Source: Octopus vulgaris (lineage: Eukaryota). Taken from it: a DNA stretch of 64,000 nt. Below are positions 50,935 through 64,000 of this stretch, piece after piece (position 1 is the stretch's first letter; every line of letters begins with the position of its first letter). Under the pieces are notes generated by a model. It was not told the origin of the DNA and searched no databases. It was given only the letters and a program-made list of their open reading frames with translations. The stretch covers positions 113,274,001 to 113,338,000 of the forward strand of contig OX597818.1 of the NCBI GenBank assembly GCA_951406725.2, written 5' to 3'. The position numbers and the translations under genes were made by a program.

Positions 50935-51445
50935 TCCATGTTGCTCTTGTTCTATTCTGACGTCTTCTGCCTGTTGGCTCAGCCCGAGGAATCCGTCTTG
51001 TGATTCTCTCCTGCGACATTTTAGTCACCTGTTGGTATTAACGTATCTTTGTCCTCTCATTGCGAACAAATAGCGGCTCCACGTAGAGAGATTCCCTAAT
51101 CTCAGAGCTACACATCCTGTCAAGTAACGTTACCCCAGAGACCCTTCAGTGGAATCCCACTTGTTTTCACGGTCTATTCTTTCGGACATTACCCAACAAT
51201 CATGAATTCATAATCATCGGTCAGGAGAGACGCAAAACCCGAACTAAAGATATAGCAAGTTAGGCTTTTTTGCCAGTTTCTTTTCTTTTGTGAGACACAA
51301 TTCTCGAGCAGGCGCATTACTGTGCCACTTCCTGCATTTCTCATATCAAATTTACCTCCTGATTCTCCTCACTCGGGAATACGACCCCAAGATGCTTAAA
51401 ACTCTCCACATATTTCAGTGATCTTCCCATCAATATCTGGAGTAC
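50935..51445 (-). mobile_element. RTE-clade LINE C-terminal remnant
   Basis: LKYVESFKHLGVVF...RVSGVTLLDRMCSSEIRESLYVEPL...VTKMSQERITRRI..AEPTGRRRQNRTRATW (FKYLG, LRD.VRS..IR and G.R..GRPR..W patterns). Confidence 0.85.
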
Positions 51446-52344
51446 ACTAGGATGAGGGTTTTTTTTAGTGTTTGGGGCTTTATCTACTGAAAATGTATTG
51501 AACTCGTAGAAATAAATTCTCTGAATTCAAAGATGTTTTCGAAACAAAAGACGTAATCTACAGTATTAACTGATGAAACATGATTTATTGCTAAATTTGG
51601 TAAAGATATTAATTCCGAGGGTTGTCTAATTCCGAGGGTTGAACCTAAACTTCATTTGTCTAATTGTGATTTTATTTACTTAAACGTAACCTGAAGTTAT
51701 AATGAAGATAATTTTCCTAATTATACTTGTAACGACTATGGCTAGTTTGGAGATACATTCCAAGTGAGAATCGAACCAGATTCTGTTGTTACGAATGTGG
51801 GTAATGTCTACATCTATGTACGGTGTAATGAAACTTGGTGAAATAATTCCTTCAGCAGAAAATATTTCTGTTGTAGAAAATTGAAGTATTAGAATGTCTT
51901 GAAAAAGGTGAGAACAATTCATATTTCATTTTGTAGATCATCGGCAAAAATATAATTGCTTGAGTCAACGTTTAAGAAGAACATCATCACGAATTGTAAT
52001 CAATCACCAATATCCATAAATGGAACAGATTATGCGTAATGTTAGAATACTTCTTGTTTCTTAAAGCTGTGTAGCAAAATGTGCGATCGATATCAAAAGA
52101 ACTCGATTTTCAAACACTGTGTTTAATGGTTTTTCATTCCGATGCATTATCGGTGGAGAATATTAAAACTAAATTGAAAAACTTTGTCCAAAGATGCAAT
52201 CTTGATATCTGTCAAAGGCATATGTACTTATGTTTTAGAAGAATAGAACCGACGAAATCACTCAACGTTCATCTTGCTGAGAGAATTTACAGCAAAACGA
52301 AGTTGAAGAACAGAGTAACAAATTTATGTGAATAATTTTTTTTT

Positions 52345-52650
52345 TGTCTTTTACTTGTTTCAGTCACTAGACTGCGCCCATGCTGCAGCATCACCTTGAT
52401 GAATTTTAGTAGAACGAATCGACTTCAGTGCATTTGTTTAAGCTTGGTACTTATTCTATCGATCATTTTGCCGAACTGCTACGTTACGGAAGCGTAAACA
52501 CACCGACACAGGTTTTCAAGCGGAGGTTGGGGAGACAAACACACACACACACGGGCGCTTTAGCTTGAGGCTGTAGTGGAAGGCACTTGCTCAGGGTGCC
52601 ACCCAGTGACACTGAAACTGGAAACTTAGTACAACCTCATACTTGCACCT
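52345..52650 (-). mobile_element. SINE family B, decayed with internal deletion
   Basis: Tail CAGCATGGGCGCAGTCTAGTGACTGAAACAAGTAAAAGA and CORE-like CACCCTGAGCAAGTGCCTT on the minus strand. Confidence 0.82.
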
Positions 52651-52764
52651 AAACGATGAAATATATAAAGCTTCTTAATTTGGGATGCACTTAATATATT
52701 CTTCATTCTACCATTCTAAACTGCACAATATTGCAAAGAATCGGCATGAAAAATGTTTTTTCAC

Positions 52765-53072
52765 TTTGTTGTTTTGTTTGTTCCTTCTCAAGCCATGTCT
52801 GGCTCATAGGGCCGGTTTCCCGGTTTCCTTGGCGTATAGGTTCCCTAACTGGACGGGACGCCGGTCCGTCAAAGGTGAGCTGCAAGATGCAGGAGGAAAG
52901 AGTGAGAGAAAGTTGTGGCGAAAGAGCCAGCAGAAGTTCGCCATTACCTTCTGTCGGAGTTGCGTGGAGCTTAGGTGTTTTGCTCATAAACACACACATC
53001 GCCCGGTCTTAGATTCGAACCCGCGATCCCTCGACCGCGAGTCCGCTGCTGTAATCGCTAGGCCATGTGCCT
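52765..53072 (-). mobile_element. tRNA-derived SINE family C with V-domain-like centre
   Basis: Head TGGCCTAGCGATTA...GGGTTCGAATC; central GACGGACCGGCGTCCCGTCCAG resembles the V-SINE core as I recall it; AAC-rich tail. Confidence 0.8.
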
Positions 53073-54489
53073 CCACTTTTCACTTTGTTACAAGAATCAT
53101 TTAGCTTTCATTCTGAATCTGGAACTATTATATTTGAAACGCCGTTTCTAGTAGGAAAAGAAGAACCACACTACAGATACTGCCCTTAGAAAAATTGTTT
53201 TCAACTACCAAGAAATCATCCAAACGTTTTACGCTCCGAATCCCATTGTGAAATGGATGAAAATCCTGGAAATTACTGGCCGTAAAGCTTCTAAGTTTCA
53301 GCTTTTTCAGTGCTTTACACCTTTCTCTCAGAATGTTCATGCTCGTCCTTTACCTTTTATAATTCTACCGTCAGTACTTCTCCAAGATCTTCTGAATCAG
53401 AGAGGCCTTTTTGTGTGGTACGCTTCTTTAGTACAAAATTGTGATCAAATATTTATGACAAATTTAACTATCACTTGTTTTCATGAATTTTAGTTTTCTA
53501 AGTAAACTATTTTGTTCTTCTTTTATGAATGTATATAATATTCCTAGGTTCATAAATCTTGACATATACAAACTTTTAAATCATTAAGAGGGTTTAAAAG
53601 AAGGGGAAAGTAATACTTGGCGTGTATTCGCGAGCAATTACAGAAGTTTTTCAATGCTCCCGGCTTCCCGGGATGATGTGCTCCAGGAAATTGTCAGGGG
53701 TTTCTTGTTAGATAAAGATTTTTGGTTCTCCTAATTACTTCATGCAGTTGGAGTGAGCATATAGCCATGAATTCCCTACCGTCTTCTAAATGTAAGCCAG
53801 TACAAAAGATAACCAATACACTATCGGTAATAATTATATGAAGAAAGTGCATGGTATCAGTAAGCCATGGATATTGATTGCACGAAAGATAGTAAGACGT
53901 TTATCACTGCAGCGACAACATTCTCTCATGAAATTTGAATAAATTTCAGAAAAGTAAAATGATAACCTATGTCAGCAGCAAGTACGGAGATATTTATTGT
54001 GTATAATGCAATACTGAACCAAGTTCAGGAGACATGGTTTACATGGCCATTACTTATGCAAGTAGACGACACTGAACGTACAAAAACATTATTATTCTTG
54101 TCAAGCTCGAATTGAACGTGGCAGGCCAAGTCACAACATCCGCCATGAAGCGGATTGTAATGAGTACCAGATCTAGTGAAAGAAATGCTAGAACTATGTG
54201 GTATATCTGGAGAAGACAACGATTGAGTGACAGGCTATCGCATAGCATATCCTAAATCCGATTTGAAATCATTTTCAAACCCTGGATTCACTATAGTACA
54301 TAAATAACAGTCTATAGATTGCTAATTTCTCGTCTAGCGTCACAGATCCTATAGACAATTGAAGTACCAGTGAAATGGGCGGATTTCTCAGACCAAAATT
54401 CATAAAGTGGTGTTTGTTCTGCGAAGTGGGAAGAAATCCAAAGATAAAGTATTTTATTTCTTCCATATTGGTCGATGCTCTCAAATATG

Positions 54490-54630
54490 ACTGTACTTTA
54501 TTTTATCGACCTTGAAAATATGAGAGGAGAAAATTTAAACTCAACGTGATTTCAGCTCAGAACATAAGGAACCAGAAGACATACAGGCTATCAGCCATTT
54601 GTCCCGATTCTCTAACTATTCTGCCAATCT
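54490..54630 (-). mobile_element. Decayed SINE family A
   Basis: GTACTTTATTTTATCGACCTTGAAA...CTCAGAACATAA...CTAACTATTCTGCCA. Confidence 0.55.
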
Positions 54631-56229
54631 CCAAACGTTAGTCAACTTACAAATCATGGCTATTTATTCTCTAAGCATTTCTAATAACGGCTTCTGACCA
54701 AACAACGTTTTAAGTAAAGACGATACCTAAACTTTAATGAATACAAATTAATTATATTAAAGTCATTATCACTTCTGTTGACGTCTTTAACATACTTTAA
54801 AAGCCATTCAATATATTAATCTTATAATTATTTATGTTCAATTAACTACAGAGAAACCATAGTTTATTTAAGTATTATGTGTTATATGATTGTTGATACT
54901 TCTATCATCAACAACAAAGGAAAACCATAAGTAATTATTGATATCTCCTTGTTTATGATCAACACTTATTTAACACAGACATAATGAGATCTTAAGTACA
55001 TTGTATTCCGGAAGTAAACTAATTGATATTTTCTGTAAACGGCAAATGAAGATAATTTCAAACACTTTTTTTCCTAATTAATATTAACTTTCAACAATTA
55101 AGAATATTGTTTGTTTCTTCTTTGTTATCGAAAATATAGATACAAATTTATTCGCGAAGTTGTCCCGTTTCGTTATGTACTGACTTCAAATTGCACAGCA
55201 GGCAGCTGAGTCTTGCATCGTTTCGGGGTCCAAATAAAATGAAACACCAGCACAAGGTGCTGGTTAAGACGTTTTTAGACCATTGAGGTGTCTGTTCCAT
55301 CTCTTTGTTTTATGAGCACACAGACGCATTTGGCAAAGTTGACTGTAAAAACTAATCGTTAGAATGGTGTCTTGTTAAAGTACCTTACGGAAGGTAACGA
55401 GAAGCCACGTAAGGAAGACGCCGGAGGTTGTTCATAGACCAGAACACATAAGAGTTATTTGCTGCAAAATCCAGTCTGTATGATATAAAAATCGCATGGC
55501 GTCTACAACTGTTAAGTATTTTCAATATTGTGTCACAAAAAATTAATATTTTACATTTTATGCGCCACACTTCTCTCGGGAAGTTCGATCGATTCTCATT
55601 CGTTAGACCACACAATGCGGAAACACTCGTCTATTTTTATTTTGTTCCCACTTTATGTGTATTGCAGACGATAGTTATCAACTGTCTGAATCGATTCATG
55701 CACATACATTGAGATACTTATATATTTTATAACTAAAGAACGTTTTAGTGGGAGTAGAGTTAATTCAAAATGGATGTCCGCGTTCTAATAGCCGTATAGG
55801 TTTTCTTAATACGAAATACTCGAAGAGTGACAATTTCTTTACATGTAATATATTCCGGTAAAACAACTTCATTTGCAACATAGGAGAAGAATCTCGAAAT
55901 TTAAATTAAAATGAAGGTATAGCTAAAATAAATGCCTTTTCTCTAAAATTTGAATATATTAAAATTATTCTTCCAATATTATACACACCGTATGACAATT
56001 ATCTTGTTCTAAAGATTAATAAATATACAGATGACCTGAAAGAAGATAAAACTCAAATATATTGTTCGCATAAAAGTACTTTATATATATGTATGATAAA
56101 TTCATGGTTTCATACTTTATTTAAGTATACTGTCATAGCATTCTGCTTACAACCACAGAATCGTGCATTTCCCTTTCAAAATCATGTCATCTTTCAATAA
56201 GTCTTGTAAAATAAGACTGACTTCATATC

Positions 56230-56622
56230 CTTTTCTTCTCTAGGTACAAGGTCCGAATTTTGGGGGGAGGAGACTGTCGATTAGATCGATCCCAGTACGC
56301 AACTGGTACTAAATTTATAGACCCCGAAAGGGGATAAAAGATGAAGTCAACCTCGGCGAAATTTGAACTCAGAACGTAGCGACAGAAGAAATACCTATTT
56401 CTTTACTACCCACAAGAGGCTAAACATAGAGAGGACATACAAGGATAGACAAACGGATTAAGTCGATTATATCTACCCCATTGCGTAACTGGTACTTATT
56501 TAATCGACCCCGAAAGGATAAAAGACAAAGTCAACCTCGGCGGAATTTGAACTCAGAACGTAATGGCAGACGAAATACCGCCTAGCATTTCGCCCGGCGT
56601 GCTAACGATTCTGCCAGCTCGA
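56230..56622 (-). mobile_element. Tandem SINE A dimer (head + A1 unit + A2 unit)
   Basis: Two consecutive central blocks joined at GAAATACC|TATTTCTTTACTAC near 56387-56410. Confidence 0.88.
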
Positions 56623-59104
56623 CGTTAACAGCCGCTTCATATTGCAATAATGCAGCTTATTCGCCGGCAAATAAGGCGAGTCAGATTTAAATTCAGGTTC
56701 CAAAAGTTTTAATTAATTACCATTTACATTTAATTAACACATGTGAATGGTAAAATATAAATATTAATTACAAGTATCAGTATCGATGACATAGATATAT
56801 CGAACTCTTGTGTTTAACTCTAAAAATGCCCAAACTAGAATGTATATATTTCAATTTAGAAACGTTGTTGATTTTAGTAGATTCTTGAAACGTCCTATTA
56901 ATACTTATTTGAACAAATAATATTTCATTTTTTCCGTAATGTTATGTAAATACAGTGACCAAAACAATTGATAAGCACACTGCGAGAGGATATGAGTTGC
57001 GGGAATTGTTATCTTGTCTGAGAAGCCAAAGAAAAACTGCCTGAAGCTAGTTTCATGGAAGTATATCAGAAACCAGAATGGAAGTATACGGAACTTGAAA
57101 AGGACACCACTCTGAAAATGTTCTGAAATAAAGATTGTTTATTTTGTATTAAAATTTCAAATTTAAATTCAAAATATCTTTTTATGTTGTATGCATAGTT
57201 CATTGTATTAATGTAACTGCAGGTGAATGAAATATTTTTGCCGTTAATATAAATTTACTTATATACATACGCACATATGTGCTAAGACTCATAAGTAAAC
57301 ATGTACCTGTGTATGTAAATGTGTGTATGACATTAGGAGTAACGTACAATTAAGAAAAATCTTACGAAAGGACCATTCTTAAGAATCTGTAGCTATATAC
57401 ATTTGAATTTTTCCTTCCCACGTTTAATTTCCTCCCCCACATTTTTTTCCTCCTCGTTGTACTACCATGCCAGACTACAAATCTTTTCTCCTCACTTTTC
57501 ACAACCGCCTAAAACCGCATACTTCCTTCCTACTGTTTTCAGCTTTCCATTAACCTTTGTTTACTCATTTTCATAAAAACTCACTTTAAAGACTGTTTCA
57601 ATTCCCGAGCGTTTGTTTTCTACACCACTTGTCTTCGTCTTTTGTTTTTTTCGTGAATTCTTCCCCTATGTACATTTGGTAGATGGATTCTAGAACCAAT
57701 ATATACAAAACTCTTATAACGATAAAGAAAGTGATATCTGTGTTATGAAAACCTAAGCGTTCAGTGATTGAACGATCTTCTTTTTAGTGCTAAGCTGGGG
57801 AAAAGCAGTGTCTGTTGTCGCTTTATCCTTAAGTCAACTTTCATAATACCAAGTCATCCAGTTTTTCTAGTGCTATCTAAGAATATATTATGCCACGTGT
57901 AATTCCATGTTCATACATCCAATGTAAAATTTAGATAAATATGGCTACGATTTTACAAGGTACAATATAATATAGATTTTAAAATATAACACTAGTAATA
58001 TAAGCGTAGGGTCAAATTCTTGATTTTAATAAATCGTTTGAGAGCGTGCAGTGTTATAGAAGGAAGCTAGCATTTTAAACAATTGCTGAAGGCACGATAT
58101 ACATTTAGTTGTTTAAATAGAGCTTCACCAAATATTTACATTACTCTCAGTGTAAGTGCACGGTAGAGTTTGTTTATGTCTTCAGGCTTACACAGTGTCA
58201 GTCGACTAAACTAGATGTAACACTCATTCAACAAATTCTCGTTAAGAATAAATATAGCAAAACCTGATTGTTAACCCTAAATCACAAGTAGTCACGCATC
58301 TATTACAATCACAACTTTTATAGCACATGTATTTTATTTACTGAACAAAATTTATTTCCAATATATACTGATGCTAAATTGATATTCCAAATATATTCTG
58401 AGGATTTATCATAAAATGCTCTCCACATTCCAAACATGTTACTAATTCATGTAAAATGTCCAGTGATAAATAAAATTTTTCCTTTTAACTCTTGTTAAAA
58501 TACGTTCATTGTTGGCGTTTATTATCTCCTTTTTGTTTGTTTTTACACGAGATTCTTTCTTTCGTGAATGAATTACAAATATTATTTGATCATTACCAAT
58601 TCCATTAATTTTCCTTAGCACTTACTTTTAGATCTGTAATAATACACTTATTGTTTCTCTGATGCTTCAAACAAAATTGTTATTCAAGATATGCCAACGT
58701 AACTTTCATTTCAGGTTAAGCTGACGATGTAGTTTATGATTTATTTTTCCATGATGGCGTCCCTCCGGTTATTTGCTGTTGTCAGGTTTATGACTATTTA
58801 TGGCTGATGATAATCATGACCAACGTCATCATCATTATCACCAGTGTTTGTGTTATTGTTGTTGTTGCTGCTGTTATTGTCGGTATTGATTTTTAGTTCT
58901 GATGAAAATATGGCATTGCTTTTTGAAAGTATTTCACTGTACACTTACCTTGTCTTATAAAAAGAATACATGATACCATTATTGTTTCGAGCTATGAAAA
59001 ATATGAAATATTTATGTTCAGATATTAAATCACTTAATCCTTTTGCCTAACCGAGTTTTCATTTGAAATTCATAGACAAAAATACATTTGGCACGAAGGC
59101 AAAA

Positions 59105-59147
59105 ACAAAGTGTTTGTGTGTATGTGTATGTGTGTGTATCTACATAC

Positions 59148-59212
<65 letters not shown>

Positions 59213-59465
59213 AATACACACACACACAAACATAGACATATATATATACATATATATATATATTTATATATATTACAAATACACACACACACAAACATAG
59301 ACACATACATACATACATACATGCATATATATATATATATATATATACATATACAAATACACACACACACAAACATAGACACATACATACATACATATAT
59401 ATATACATACATACATACAAATACACACACACTCAAACATAGACACATACATATATATATGTGTG
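59105..59465. repeat. Compound microsatellite with repeated ACAAATACACACACACA(C)AAACATAGACA blocks
   Basis: Directly visible; four block copies. Confidence 0.92.
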
Positions 59466-60104
59466 ATGTTTGAAACGTGTAAAATGTTTTCACTTTTTTA
59501 TAGCCACATAATTTATCTAAACTTCGATAATTTCCTAACTAATATTAAGTTGCTGTTTGTATTTAGTTGCAGTTGTTTCAGGATATTTCTGTTAATATCG
59601 TTTGACCATTTGAAACTTTCTGTTCACGTATTATTAGAAATGATAAATATTTTTTATGACAAATCAATTTCAATTTTGTTTTAATTCAAAATTATAAGCA
59701 GAAAGGATAAAGAATATATCGTTGATATATTGTTTTTATTAATGCTTCTTTATGTGTTACATCTTTATGAACTTTCTTCCTTGAAAACCATTAAATAAAC
59801 TCGTTGGCGGAGGACCACTATATCGGCTGCCGACTCCCCAGTTCAAGTCTTGTCTCCATCATTATTCTTGTTTGTTCAGTCGCGGGAACTCAATTATCAA
59901 TGGATAGATTCCCCAACTTTTAAAAATTCCACAGCAAAGAACAGTTATTCTGCACCAAGCAACGGTGTTATTGGTAACTTCATAATTAAGTTTCTATTTT
60001 TACAAGCTATTCCCCATGGCTTTTGAGTCCATATTTAGAATGTTTACGGGCGCAGAATATGAGAGATGCATATACATATATGTGAGAGAGAGAGAGAGAG
60101 GTGC

Positions 60105-60300
60105 ATAGGCTTGAGTCTATCCGTCACCGTTTCTAACCTGTGTTGTTTTGTTTACTTCCTCGTATCTTAGTGGTTTGGAAAAAAGAAGTTTATAGAATCA
60201 GCGTTAGGTTTTAAGAAAATAAAAGCTAAGCTCGATTTGATCGACTAAACTCCCTCAAAGCGGTGCCCCAGGACATCCGCAATACGAGTAAAAGATTTAA
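60105..60300 (+). mobile_element. Decayed SINE family B, 3' half
   Basis: CTTAGTGGTTTGGAAAAAAGA...CTCGATTTGATCGACTAA...AAGCGGTGCCCCAG. Confidence 0.6.
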
Positions 60301-61937
60301 AAAAATGGTCAATCTGCTTTTATATCGGTTCTATCTTGTGTTGCTTTCCGTTAACTTATTTCTCGAAATAAACATTGTGCGAGGCTGGATTCGAACCTAC
60401 GTTGTTTCACTCTTGTGTCATTCAATTGTATTTATTTATTTATTTATTTATTTATTACTAATAGCTGTCATATTGAGTTGGGTTCAACGCTTGACTAAAC
60501 GATGGGATAAATCCAATGCTGACAAGCATTTAACATTACGGAAATCTGAGTATGTTTCACATTACAGTGTAGCAGTGCAGTCTACTTCGCTCCAGCGTAG
60601 CAATACACTAAACGCTGCGTTCCTCTGACCGTCAGAAGCTAGCGGCGGAAGAATACGATGACTTCCGCCCAGCTCGACTGGCTCCAAAATTCAAGTGAGA
60701 AAAGGCGGTTGCTGTCTGGAAACTGGAAGGTTAACACGCGATCATCAACTGTCCACGGTCACACGCAACGACACAATGATGAATTACTCATACCGTCACT
60801 TGGAAACAACTTATTGCATTTTCTCTTTCACACAACGTAGAGATTGTATACTACTTATTAGTGAGCTAACTCTTTTCTCTCACAGCATCACTCCAGCAGA
60901 TTGTTATTTCTATCATCGCACACATCCTTATACACAATGGAATATCATCATTACCTTTGTTTATTTGTTACACTGTGTTATCCTCTCTTTAAATAAATCT
61001 GTGCTATGGTGACCCAAAAAGATGCCTTCTGATCAAATTCTTTTCTTTACTTATATACACCATCGCTGAACACATTACATTAATAAGATAAAGATCCCGT
61101 TTCTCTACAATGGTAACCTTTCCTTGTTACAACAGAAATCTGGATTTTAAATAATTCAAAATGGAAGTGAGTCTTATGCTACGCCCGTGGCTTCGTACGT
61201 TTGAGCTTCGTTACAGATTTCTTAGAAGATCCTATATTTAACATAGGGCAGTGACAACGTCCGGAATAAGATACCTGATAACAATTGGAATATAATTTGG
61301 ATATAAAATATTCTACAAATATAGTGTGAAGACAAAGTTAGCATTCTAACTAATATAAATTTAATTTGATAAGAAGAGACAATGTTAGGAAGTAATCGAG
61401 AACCGTGTTTGAGGAAATGTAATAGGATTCCACTATTCGTCGTGAATACAAATTTATTCAATTTTACGAACGACAAGAATAGAATTGCAATATATTGTTT
61501 CCAGCGTAAGAGTGCAACGTCTTTCGCCGATTAACGCTCTGAAAGCATGAACTATCTTCTCATAAAGTGCAATTCTTGAAGGTGTGATGCAGATTATATT
61601 AATTAACGCTATCGTGTTAAGTGGTGTGAATGCATTTGGTAGTTTGATCCTTCGTCGATTCAGTGAGTTGTTACATGCGCATTAATTAGATTCCATACTT
61701 CATTTAAAAATTTTTCAGACACCAGCAAATGGAAGAGAACTTGCCATATTTTCTGTTATATTAACTTGAGTCTATTAATTCTCTGACATATTAACTCAAC
61801 TGCCCAGTCTATATTGCCTAAACCTTTTCACTACCAAATACTATCACTGAGCAGCAAAATTAAATTATCCCAAATCCAGTGAAGATTGTTGCATTCTTCA
61901 TTATCATGCAAATGCTGCCCAGTACTTCGTTCTTCTT

Positions 61938-61939
<2 letters not shown>

Positions 61940-61976
<37 letters not shown>

Positions 61977-62105
61977 ACATGAATGTGTGAATGTGTACAT
62001 ATATATATATACATGTATGTATGTATGTATGTATGTATGTATGTATGTACGTATGTATGTATTTATCTGTCTCTGCATGTGTGCATGTATGTATTTGTAT
62101 ATATA
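61940..62105. repeat. (TC)n/(TATG)n microsatellite
   Basis: Directly visible. Confidence 0.93.
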
Positions 62106-63270
62106 ATGGATGTTATATACGAAGGGTGTGGGAATGTTCGTATGTGCGTGAATGTTTAATTTTAACAATAAATTATGGAGGAGGTCAAAACGAAAGGAAA
62201 CGATTTTAATACAAAAAGGAAGCCAACGCCATCACAACCACGATAAAATAATAATGGTGTAAAAAAGTTTCGTTAATTAAACGTTTACAATATGAATCAA
62301 TTGCTAAGATGTGATAGCAGTGAATATCAATTTTTCATTAATTCTGCATCATACTTTTATTTTATTTTATTTTTGTTTCGTTCTTCCTTCTCTCTGGAAC
62401 TACGTTGCAGTGAAATGATATCTTAAATTAGAGCTATTGGATTTTCGTATTTAGCAGTAATATGGAAATTGAGGTCAACACCCATTGCAGAAATGTTCCT
62501 TCGTGTCATTTATCATGCAGATATGATTGTAGTTGTGATAACTATCCAGTTATTTTCCTTAAAAATCTGTTTTCAACTCTAAGTGTTAGCGATTACCAAG
62601 GCATTAGCGAAGCGAACCACATGCTATACATACATAATTAGGATGAGCGAATTTTGTGACTGCCAAAATGAATAGATCTCTCTTTTTTCTTAGCTATATC
62701 ATTTCTTATGGTATAGTAAAATATGTTGAAGCTACATACACTAAACTTCCCCAATTTGTACCAATAACTATACTGGCATGCTGCTCAGAGATAGAAGCTG
62801 AACGAATAAATTGCGGTTTCTTAATGGAATATGGTAGTGAATCTCGAAAAACCTTTCTGACCAAATACACTTAATGTAGTAGCAACTGGCATTAGATTTT
62901 TTTCTCTCGTTAGCACATTTCATCCGTGTTTTATGCAACCTTAAGGTCAGTATTCTTTCTTAATTAATATTCACCAAAGTTCAAAGTGTTATTTTGAAGA
63001 GGATAGTTGTTAAATTCTTACGCATACTTAACCCGTTATATTGTTGTAATAAATATCTAATGGAACATTTTACATGTATATTGCTTTGTGGCATATTGAC
63101 ATCATTGTTCATTTGTATCACACGCTCATTACTAACGTAATTATCATGTACAACTAATTATATTAATTCTTCATGAAGAAATATTGTTTGTATCATATCT
63201 TTTGTTCAAAGTCAATAGACACATTTTTCGTTTGTTCAAGCTAAAATTGGGTTAATATATAAGAATCGTA

Positions 63271-63480
63271 AGGCGGGGAACTGTCAGAATCGTTAGCACA
63301 CCCGGCAAAATACTTAGCGGCATTTTCTCTTTACGTTCTGAGTTCAAATGCCGACGGGTTCGAGCTTGCTTTCATCATTTCGGGGTCGATAATTTAAGTA
63401 CTAGTTGAATATTGTTGTCGATTTAATCGACTTATGCCCTTGCCCAAACGTACTGGCCTTGAAATTTGGAAACCATTATT
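63271..63480 (+). mobile_element. SINE family A (A2-like tail), diverged
   Basis: AGGCGGGGAACTGTCAGAATCGTTAGCAC...GAGTTCAAAT...TTTCATCATTTCGGGGTCGATAATTTAAGTAC. Confidence 0.85.
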
Positions 63481-63749
63481 GATCTCCTTCTTCTACTTCT
63501 TCTTCTTCTCATTCTCCTTCACATTTGATGGGTTTCAGACAAATTTCTAATGCACCATCTGTTGTATTACCATTTTGCTGGGATGTGTGAAGCATTCTGT
63601 GTTCTGCTTTCTAGGATTGAGGAGTGAAAACCTTTCCTGGTGTCGTATTGCGTCAGTTTGTTTTGTTACGGCGCCTTGTGACAATCTTTTGTTATATTAG
63701 TTTCTGTATTGTGTGCTGTGCGTATAATGCGAGCTGTGTTCATGTATTT

Positions 63750-63759
63750 TTATTATTAC

Positions 63760-63820
<61 letters not shown>
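63750..63820. repeat. (TTA)n microsatellite
   Basis: Directly visible. Confidence 0.95.
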
Positions 63821-64000
63821 TTCTCCTTCTTTCTTCAAATTTTCTTCCGTTTCTCGCCGAGTGTTTTCAATACACCTAGGGCAGAGAAGCTCATTGTGAG
63901 CATTCCCAGATTACACACGCAAATTCACAGGTAAAATATGTATTTAAAAAATTAATGAATAAATAAATTCATGAATGGATATTGTTTCCACAGCGATAAT

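Noticed and set aside
60616-60680. GC hairpin GGCGGAAG/CTTCCGCC resembling a terminator
   Set aside because: Eukaryotic context, no U-tract, and an 8-bp stem is not unexpected in 64 kb.

Overview
AT-rich eukaryotic DNA packed with microsatellites and transposable-element (TE) debris. The repeat mix (tRNA-head SINEs, Dong/R4, CR1-group and RTE LINEs, Penelope-like elements (PLEs), mariner/Tc1, non-autonomous Helitrons) suggests a coleoid cephalopod such as Octopus; this is an inference from repeat style, not a database hit. I found no intact conserved host gene, rRNA, tRNA gene, CRISPR array or prokaryotic operon. Most long ORFs in the track are microsatellite artefacts or decayed TE coding sequence. 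Most notable observations: (1) a PLE locus at 26.7-31.7 kb carries three minimal type-I hammerhead-ribozyme-like motifs whose cores show compensatory swaps of the C3-G8 pair (U3-A8 twice, G3-C8 once). (2) A candidate two-exon gene on the minus strand (5563-4422) encodes a ~331-aa extremely Asp/Glu-rich protein, only partly shown by the ORF track. (3) A CR1-group LINE and a SINE family share a 3' tail with a covarying stem-loop. (4) A GC-rich, possibly bistable structured element lies at 37.4-37.6 kb. All coordinates and alignments were read by eye, so ends of decayed elements are approximate.
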